This document shows positions 58,248 through 64,000 of a DNA stretch of 64,000 bases, piece after piece. Both the position numbers and the translations under genes were made by a program. A model generated the notes under the pieces. The model did not search any database. It saw only the letters and a list, made by a program, of their open reading frames with translations, and had not been told where the DNA came from. Numbering within the stretch: the stretch's first letter is position 1; each line of letters opens with the position of its first letter. This DNA is from an uncultured Holophaga sp. (GTDB lineage Bacteria; Acidobacteriota; Holophagae; Holophagales; Holophagaceae): positions 512,001 through 576,000 of the forward strand of contig OY761614.1 in assembly GCA_963664825.1 (NCBI GenBank), written 5' to 3'.

Positions 58248-59498
58248 CTACCTGGCCAGGGAGATCTTCCCATCCGGGGGCATCTGGGGGGGACGGCCCT
58301 TGGGTGAAGCCACGGGGGGCGCATAGGGGGTGGGAGGCTCCAACAGGCTGCCGCCGGATTCCCGCCCACCACCGGTGGTGATGGACATGCCGCGTTCCAT
58401 GCTGGTGCGGGCCATATCGCCGGTGGCCATGATGCCCTCGAGCTTGAGCTTGAATTCGCCCACATTGGTGGCGCGTTTGAGGGCCTCGTCGATGGTGATC
58501 AGGCCCTCCTGGAGCAGGAAGTAGAGGCTCTGGTCGAAGGTCTGCATACCGTATTGGCTGGTGCCAGTGGCGATGATATCCCGCAGCCCCTTGGTGCGTT
58601 CCTTGTCCTCGATGCAGGCGCGAACGGTTTCCGTGGAGATGAGCACTTCGACGGCGGGCACGCGGCCCTGGCCATCGGCCCGGGGCACCAGGCGCTGGGA
58701 GATGACGGCCTTGAGCACCTGGGCCAATTGCAGGCGGATCTGCTTCTGGTGATGGGGGGGAAAATTGCTGATGATGCGGTTGATGGTCTCCGTGGCGTCC
58801 AGGGTATGGAGGGTCGAGAACACCAGATGGCCCGTCTCGGCGGCGTGGATGGCGGTCTCGATGGTCTCCAGGTCCCGCATCTCGCCCACCAGAATCACAT
58901 CGGGATCCTGGCGCATGGCGGCCCGCAGGGCCGAGGCGAAGCTCTTGCAATCGGCCTCCACCTCCCGCTGGTTGATGATGGAGAGATTGTCCCGATGCAG
59001 GTACTCGATGGGATCCTCGATGGTGAGGATGTGCTCGTTCCGGGTCGAATTGATGAGATCGATCAGGGCGGCCAGGGTCGTGGACTTGCCCGAACCCGTG
59101 GTGCCGGTTACCAGGACCAGTCCGCGCTGTTCTTCGGCCAGCTTATTGAGGACCCGGGGCAGCATCAGATCCTCGATGCTGAAGATGCGCCGGGGGATCA
59201 CCCGTAGCACCATGCCCACGGTGCCGCGCTGATTGAAGATATTGCAACGGAAGCGCCCCAGGGCGGGCACCGAATAGGCCAAGTCGATGTCCATGTTCTC
59301 TTTGAACTTCGCCTTCTGGCGGTCCGAGGACATGATCGAGTAGGCCATGGCGATGGTGTCTTCCTGCACCAGTTTCTTGAACTGGCTCAAGGGCGTCAGG
59401 TGGCCCTTCACGCGGGCGATGGGGAAATTGCCCACCTTGAGGTGGAGATCGGATCCGCCCAGATCCACCACGGTGGTCAGGAGTTCATTGATGTGCAT
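58248..59498 (-). CDS. pilT: Type IV pilus retraction ATPase, PilT/PilU family
   Basis: SDLHL, GTTGSGKST, TIEDPIE, RQDPDVILVGEMRD, STLHT, GMQTFD. Confidence 0.85.
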   Translation of the reverse strand: MHINELLTTVVDLGGSDLHLKVGNFPIARVKGHLTPLSQFKKLVQEDTIAMAYSIMSSDRQKAKFKENMDIDLAYSVPALGRFRCNIFNQRGTVGMVLRVIPRRIFSIEDLMLPRVLNKLAEEQRGLVLVTGTTGSGKSTTLAALIDLINSTRNEHILTIEDPIEYLHRDNLSIINQREVEADCKSFASALRAAMRQDPDVILVGEMRDLETIETAIHAAETGHLVFSTLHTLDATETINRIISNFPPHHQKQIRLQLAQVLKAVISQRLVPRADGQGRVPAVEVLISTETVRACIEDKERTKGLRDIIATGTSQYGMQTFDQSLYFLLQEGLITIDEALKRATNVGEFKLKLEGIMATGDMARTSMERGMSITTGGGRESGGSLLEPPTPYAPPVASPKGRPPQMPPDGKISLAR

Positions 59499-59691
59499 GC
59501 ACGGCTCCGGGAGCTTGTTTTCGCCTCATCATACAGCCCCTGAGAGGAGCCTGGGACCCGGGGAATGGAATCTTGCCTCGGAAAAGTTGCCGTACGCTGG
59601 TAAAATCATCGGTTCGGCCCGCCCTTCCTCCTGAACCGGAGGCTCGGGTCCCCTTGAGCCCAGGCCCCAAGCCTCTTGCCCCGAGTCCCCC

Positions 59692-61518
59692 ATGACGCCC
59701 ATCGAAAAATTCCGCAACATCGCCATCATCGCCCACGTGGACCATGGGAAGACCTCCCTGGTGGACGCGATGTTCAAGACCGCCCACGTCTTCCGCGACA
59801 ACCAGCGGGTGGTGGAGCAGGCCATGGACTCCAACGACCAGGAGCGGGAGCGGGGCATCACGATCCTGGCCAAGACCACGGCCATCCATTGGGGCGGCTA
59901 TCGCTTCAATATCGTGGACACCCCCGGCCACGCCGATTTCGGCGGGGAAGTGGAGCGCGTGCTCAGCATGGTGGACTCGGTGATCCTGGTGGTGGATGCC
60001 TTCGACGGCCCCATGCCCCAGACCAAGTTCGTGACGCGCAAGGCCCTGGCCCTGGGCCTCAAGCCCATCGTCGTCATCAACAAGGTGGATCGCCCCGGTG
60101 CACGCCCCATGTGGACCCAAGATGCCGTCTTCGAGCTCCTGATCGAACTGGGGGCCCATGACGATCAGTTGGATTTCCCCACGGTCTTCACCTCCGCCAA
60201 GCTCGGCTACGCGGTCCATGACATCAATGACAACCCCGAGAACATGGACCCGCTCTTCGATACCATCGTGAAGTACTGCCCGAGCCCCAAGGGTAATCCG
60301 GACCAGCCCCTCCAGATGCAGGTCACCCTCATGGACTACAACGATTTCGTGGGCCAGATCGGCGTAGGCCGCATCTTCAATGGCACCATCAAGATCGGCG
60401 ACCAGGTGGCCCTGGTGAAGCGCGATAGCAGCATCCAGCAGCACAAGGTGACCATGCTCTACGGCTTCGAGGGTCTCACCCGGGTGAACCTCACGGAGGC
60501 CAGTGCCGGCAACATCATCGCGCTGGCGGGCATTCCCGATATTCGCGTGGGCGAGACCATCACCAGCCTGGAGAACCCCGTGGGCCTGCCCTACGTGGAC
60601 ATCGACGAGCCGACCATCTCCATGATGTTCATGGTGAACACGGGTCCCTTCTCGGGCCAGGATGGCAAATACACCCAGTCCCGCCGCATCCGCGAGCGCC
60701 TTATGAAGGAGCTGCAGTACAACGTGGCCCTGCGGGTCGAGGACACCGAGAACGCCGATAGCTGGAAGGTCAGCGGCCGCGGCGAACTACATCTCTCCGT
60801 GCTCATCGAGACCATGCGCCGGGAAGGCTTCGAACTCTGCGTGAGCCGCCCCGAAGTCATCACCCACACCAACCCCGAAACCGGGGAGAAGGAAGAGCCC
60901 TACGAGGATCTCCAGGTGGACGTGCCCGACACCTACATGGGTGTGGTCATGGAGAAGCTGGGCTCCCGCAAGGCCGAGATGCAGGACATGGGCAACGAGA
61001 TGGGCCGCGTGCGCCTGCACTTCAAGATCCCCAGTCGCGGCCTCATCGGATACCGGTCGGAGTGCATGACCGACACCCGGGGCGAAGGCATCCTCAATAG
61101 CACCTTCAGCCACTACGGCCCCTATCGCGGCGATATGCCCAGCCGCAAGAACGGCGTGCTCATCAGCATGGACGCCTGCGAATCCGTGGGTTTCGCCATC
61201 ATGAACCTGGAGGACCGCGGCAAGTTCTTCATCCAACCCGGCACCAAGTGCTACGAGGGCATGATCGTCGGCGAGCACTGCCGCGATAACGATCTGGTGG
61301 TCAACGTCGCCAAGGCCAAGAAGCTCTCCAATATGCGCACCAGCAGCAGCGACGAGGCCACGCGCCTCACGCCCCCCCTGGAGCACACGCTGGAGCAGGC
61401 CCTGGAATACATCGACGACGACGAGCTGGTGGAAGTGACGCCCAACTTCATCCGCATGCGCAAGAAGGTGCTCGGCACCGCCGACCGGAAAAAATCAGAA
61501 AAGCGTTCGGACTCTTAG
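59692..61518 (+). CDS. typA: Translational GTPase TypA/BipA
   Basis: [47 protein letters not shown]. Confidence 0.97.
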   Translation: MTPIEKFRNIAIIAHVDHGKTSLVDAMFKTAHVFRDNQRVVEQAMDSNDQERERGITILAKTTAIHWGGYRFNIVDTPGHADFGGEVERVLSMVDSVILVVDAFDGPMPQTKFVTRKALALGLKPIVVINKVDRPGARPMWTQDAVFELLIELGAHDDQLDFPTVFTSAKLGYAVHDINDNPENMDPLFDTIVKYCPSPKGNPDQPLQMQVTLMDYNDFVGQIGVGRIFNGTIKIGDQVALVKRDSSIQQHKVTMLYGFEGLTRVNLTEASAGNIIALAGIPDIRVGETITSLENPVGLPYVDIDEPTISMMFMVNTGPFSGQDGKYTQSRRIRERLMKELQYNVALRVEDTENADSWKVSGRGELHLSVLIETMRREGFELCVSRPEVITHTNPETGEKEEPYEDLQVDVPDTYMGVVMEKLGSRKAEMQDMGNEMGRVRLHFKIPSRGLIGYRSECMTDTRGEGILNSTFSHYGPYRGDMPSRKNGVLISMDACESVGFAIMNLEDRGKFFIQPGTKCYEGMIVGEHCRDNDLVVNVAKAKKLSNMRTSSSDEATRLTPPLEHTLEQALEYIDDDELVEVTPNFIRMRKKVLGTADRKKSEKRSDS

Positions 61519-61529
61519 TCGCACAGAGG

Positions 61530-61554
61530 TCTTCGCATCCGCAGGATGCGAAGA
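61530..61554 (+). repeat. GCA-triloop hairpin of the same family as the terminus-duplication hairpins
   Basis: TCTTCGCATCC-GCA-GGATGCGAAGA, 11-bp perfect stem. Confidence 0.6.
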
Positions 61555-61563
61555 GGAACGCGC

Positions 61564-61600
61564 AAAGGCCCCATGGATCCTCAGGATCCATGGGGCCTTT
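61564..61600. terminator. Bidirectional terminator-like hairpin
   Basis: AAAGGCCCCATGGATCC-TCA-GGATCCATGGGGCCTTT. Confidence 0.8.
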
Positions 61601-61614
61601 AGATTAATAGGCCT

Positions 61615-61756
61615 GATCCAGGCGGCTTGCAAACTACTCAGGTGCCGGGGAGATCGCCCAGGGTCCCTGTCTTCCCCAGGCTGGAGCCCATGGCCGGAGC
61701 CGGAGCCAGGCTCCTGATCGTCGGGGCGATTCGCGGCGAAGCCACCCACGGACTTT
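61615..61756. ncRNA. Candidate rod-shaped structured RNA (possibly 6S-like)
   Basis: Nested minus-strand pairings GGTGGCTT/AAGCCGCC, GCCG/CGGC, ATCGCCC/GGGCGAT, GGAGCCT/GGGCTCC; lies between two terminators. Confidence 0.35.
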
Positions 61757-61794
61757 GCGGGTTCCCTTGGAGGACAACGCGAGACGTACAACAC

Positions 61795-61819
61795 AAAAGG
61801 CCCAGACAAACCGGGCCTT
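61795..61819 (-). terminator. rpsT intrinsic terminator
   Basis: Minus strand AAGGCCCGG...CTGGGCCTTTT. Confidence 0.7.
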
Positions 61820-61839
61820 CGTGAGTCTCGATTGGGTTT

Positions 61840-61892
61840 GCTTAGGCCAGAGCGTTCACCTTCTCGACATCCCCTCCGGGGATATACGAGAC
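61840..61892 (-). repeat. GGA-loop hairpin plus second copy of rpsT 3' end
   Basis: 61840-61862 is 22/23 nt identical to 61947-61969 (KVNALA* plus GC); preceded on minus strand by GTCTCGTATATCCCC-GGA-GGGGATGTCGA. Confidence 0.9.
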
Positions 61893-61948
61893 TCCACAGA
61901 CAAAGAGCCCAGCTCAAGGCTAGGCTCCCGGTGGTAGCTGCGACCCGC

Positions 61949-62212
61949 TTACGCCAGAGCGTTCACCTTGAGGGTGAGGCGGGACTTGGCGCGATTGGCG
62001 ACGTTCTTGTGGATGACGCCCTTTCGCACGGCCTTGTCCACGACGCCCAGGGTGGCGGGGAGCAGGGCAGCGGCCTCGGCCTTCTTGCCCGTCGCAACGG
62101 CGCTCAGGAAGATCTTGAGGGTGCTCTTCATGGCCGACCTGTTTGCGCGATTGCGCAGACGGGCCTCGACGTCATGATGGGCTTTTTTCAATGCAGACTT
62201 GTGGTTGGCCAT
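61949..62212 (-). CDS. rpsT: 30S ribosomal protein S20
   Basis: MANHKSALK, DKAVRKGVIHKNVANRAKSRL. Confidence 0.97.
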   Translation of the reverse strand: MANHKSALKKAHHDVEARLRNRANRSAMKSTLKIFLSAVATGKKAEAAALLPATLGVVDKAVRKGVIHKNVANRAKSRLTLKVNALA

Positions 62213-62261
62213 TCGAGGACTCCTGCTTCTGGGAGATTCGGCCCCTGAAGCGCGAAGGTTT

Positions 62262-62289
62262 ATCTTACCTTTGTGGCGTTCAAAGTCAA
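62262..62289 (-). promoter_or_regulatory. Sigma70-type promoter of rpsT
   Basis: TTGACT-N16-TAAGAT on minus strand. Confidence 0.55.
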
Positions 62290-62387
62290 GGGGAAAGAAG
62301 GCTCTTCCGGGCAATTCTTGGGCTTCCTGAGTCCGCTCATCCAGGGCATCCTAGTCGGAGGCCCCAGGCTTCCGGATAAGGGTGGTC

Positions 62388-64000
62388 ATGGAGCAGGTTA
62401 AGGCGTCATTCAGAGCCAGCTTGGAGTCGGCGTTGCCCGGCGTGGAAATTCTCATCGAGCGCCCGAAGAGCGCCGAAATGGGCGACTTCGCCTTCCCCTG
62501 TTTCCGCGCAGCCAAGGCCCTCGGCAGGAATCCGACCCAGATCGCCCAGGAGCTGGCCGCCAGTCTCACGATCCAGGGTGCCGAGCTCAAGGCCACCGGC
62601 CCCTACCTCAATGTGCAGCTGCGCCCCGAGGTCCGCGCGCGGCTCCTGCTGGAGGCCCTTCTGGGCCCCACCCCGTACGGATCGGCCCCGGCCCATTCCG
62701 AGACGGTGCTGGTGGAATACAGCAGCCCGAATATCGCCAAGCTCTTCACCATCGGCCATCTCCGCTCCACCATGATCGGCCACACCCTGGCCCAGGTGAA
62801 CCGCTACCTGGGCTGCCAGGTGCAGCGCCTCAATCACCTGGGCGACTGGGGCACCCAGTTCGGAACCCTCCTGGCGGCCTACACGCGCTGGGCTGCCGAA
62901 ACCAACCCCAAGCTGGACCGGGACTTCGACTGGGCCGAGGAAAGCTCCGCAAGGCGCCACACGCCCCTCTTCCGGCTCTTCCAGCTCTATGTCCGCTTCC
63001 ACCAGGAGGAGGCCGTCCATCCGGAGATGCGGGACGAGGCCCGAACCTGGTTCAAGCGCCTCGAGGAGGGCGACAGCGAGGCTCGGCGGCTCTGGACCTG
63101 GTTCCGGCAGGTCTCCCTGGCGGAATTCCAGCGCATCTACGATCGCCTGGGCGTGGGATTCGACGCCATGGACGGCGAGGCCTTCTACGAAGACAAGATG
63201 CCCGCGGCCGTACAGCGGCTCCGGGACTCGGGCCTACTGGAGGAAGGGGAAGGCGGCGCCTTCATCGTGCGCCTGGAGGACGTGGGCATCCAGACGCCCT
63301 CCCTCATGGTCAAGGCCGATGGCACCACCATCTACGCCACCCGGGATCTCGCCGCGGCGATCTTTCGCCGGGAGACCTACGACTTCGACCGCTGCATCTA
63401 TGTGGTGGGAAGCGACCAGGTGCTGCACTTCCAGCAGCTCTTCGCCGTGCTCGGCAAGCTGGATCCCTGGTTCCAGGGGCGCCTGCTGCACACGCCCTTC
63501 GGTATGATCCAGCTGCCCGAAGGCAAGATGTCCACCCGCAAGGGCAACGTGGTCTTCCTGGAGGATGTGCTGGACGAAGCCGTGACCCGGGTCATGGCCA
63601 TCATCGGGGAAAAGAACCCCGATCTGCCCGATAAGGGGGCCGTGGCCGAGATGCTGGGAATGGGAGCCGTGGTCTTCTTCGATGCCCTCAATGACCGGGT
63701 CAAGCCCATCACCTTCACCTGGGACCGGGTCATCGCCCTGGACGGCGACACGGGTCCCTACGTGCAGTATGCCCATGCCCGCATCCTCTCCGTGCTGCGC
63801 AAGGCCGGTGGCACCTGGGTCCAGAAGGCCCGGCCCACCGAGGCCCTCAGCCCCGCGATTGCGGCAGTGCCCTATCGTCCCGAAGCCCTTCCGGAAGATC
63901 TCTCCGGGCTGGAGGACCCGGCCGCTCAAAGCCTGCTCTTCGAATTGGCGGGCCTGCCCGAGGCCATCCGCACCGTGCAGCGGGAGAACATGGCCACCGC
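62388..64000 (+). CDS. argS: Arginine--tRNA ligase (runs off window end; not in ORF track)
   Basis: Manual translation: GDFAFP, VEYSSPNIAKLFTIGHLRST, NHLGDWGTQFG, YATRDLA, KMSTRKG, GPYVQYAHAR. Confidence 0.96.
   Translation, partial: MEQVKASFRASLESALPGVEILIERPKSAEMGDFAFPCFRAAKALGRNPTQIAQELAASLTIQGAELKATGPYLNVQLRPEVRARLLLEALLGPTPYGSAPAHSETVLVEYSSPNIAKLFTIGHLRSTMIGHTLAQVNRYLGCQVQRLNHLGDWGTQFGTLLAAYTRWAAETNPKLDRDFDWAEESSARRHTPLFRLFQLYVRFHQEEAVHPEMRDEARTWFKRLEEGDSEARRLWTWFRQVSLAEFQRIYDRLGVGFDAMDGEAFYEDKMPAAVQRLRDSGLLEEGEGGAFIVRLEDVGIQTPSLMVKADGTTIYATRDLAAAIFRRETYDFDRCIYVVGSDQVLHFQQLFAVLGKLDPWFQGRLLHTPFGMIQLPEGKMSTRKGNVVFLEDVLDEAVTRVMAIIGEKNPDLPDKGAVAEMLGMGAVVFFDALNDRVKPITFTWDRVIALDGDTGPYVQYAHARILSVLRKAGGTWVQKARPTEALSPAIAAVPYRPEALPEDLSGLEDPAAQSLLFELAGLPEAIRTVQRENMAT

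Overview
High-GC bacterial chromosome segment. Gene content and style suggest a Holophagae-type acidobacterium (Geothrix/Holophaga-like), but this is inference only. Mostly core and accessory housekeeping genes: two HDOD proteins, cheR, acpS, a two-gene fused 2-oxoacid:ferredoxin oxidoreductase, metK, plsC, a GT4/GH130 pair, a C1 peptidase, enoyl-CoA hydratase, trxB, dsbD, an RR-TonB receptor-TlpA-HK module, gluQ, motAB, split manC, pfkA, a cheZ-like gene, thiC, a CHASE hybrid kinase, kdpFABCDE, a pilT-family ATPase, typA, rpsT and argS. An ~11.5 kb defence island (MmeI-like fused R-M enzyme, NucS/DUF5655-like nuclease, IS21 remnant, Hhe-like DUF4011 helicase-nuclease) lies between motB and the manC cupin gene. 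The most striking unexplained signal is a recurring intergenic architecture at four clear loci (metK, motA, manC, rpsT) and one degenerate locus (enoyl-CoA hydratase). Each has a gene terminus, a ~60-110 nt spacer ending in a related CTCG...GNA-triloop hairpin, and then a second, diverged copy of the same gene terminus. At the three 3' ends the divergence is largely synonymous, and several copies sit in small in-frame ORFs. All calls are by eye from motifs; no searches were run.
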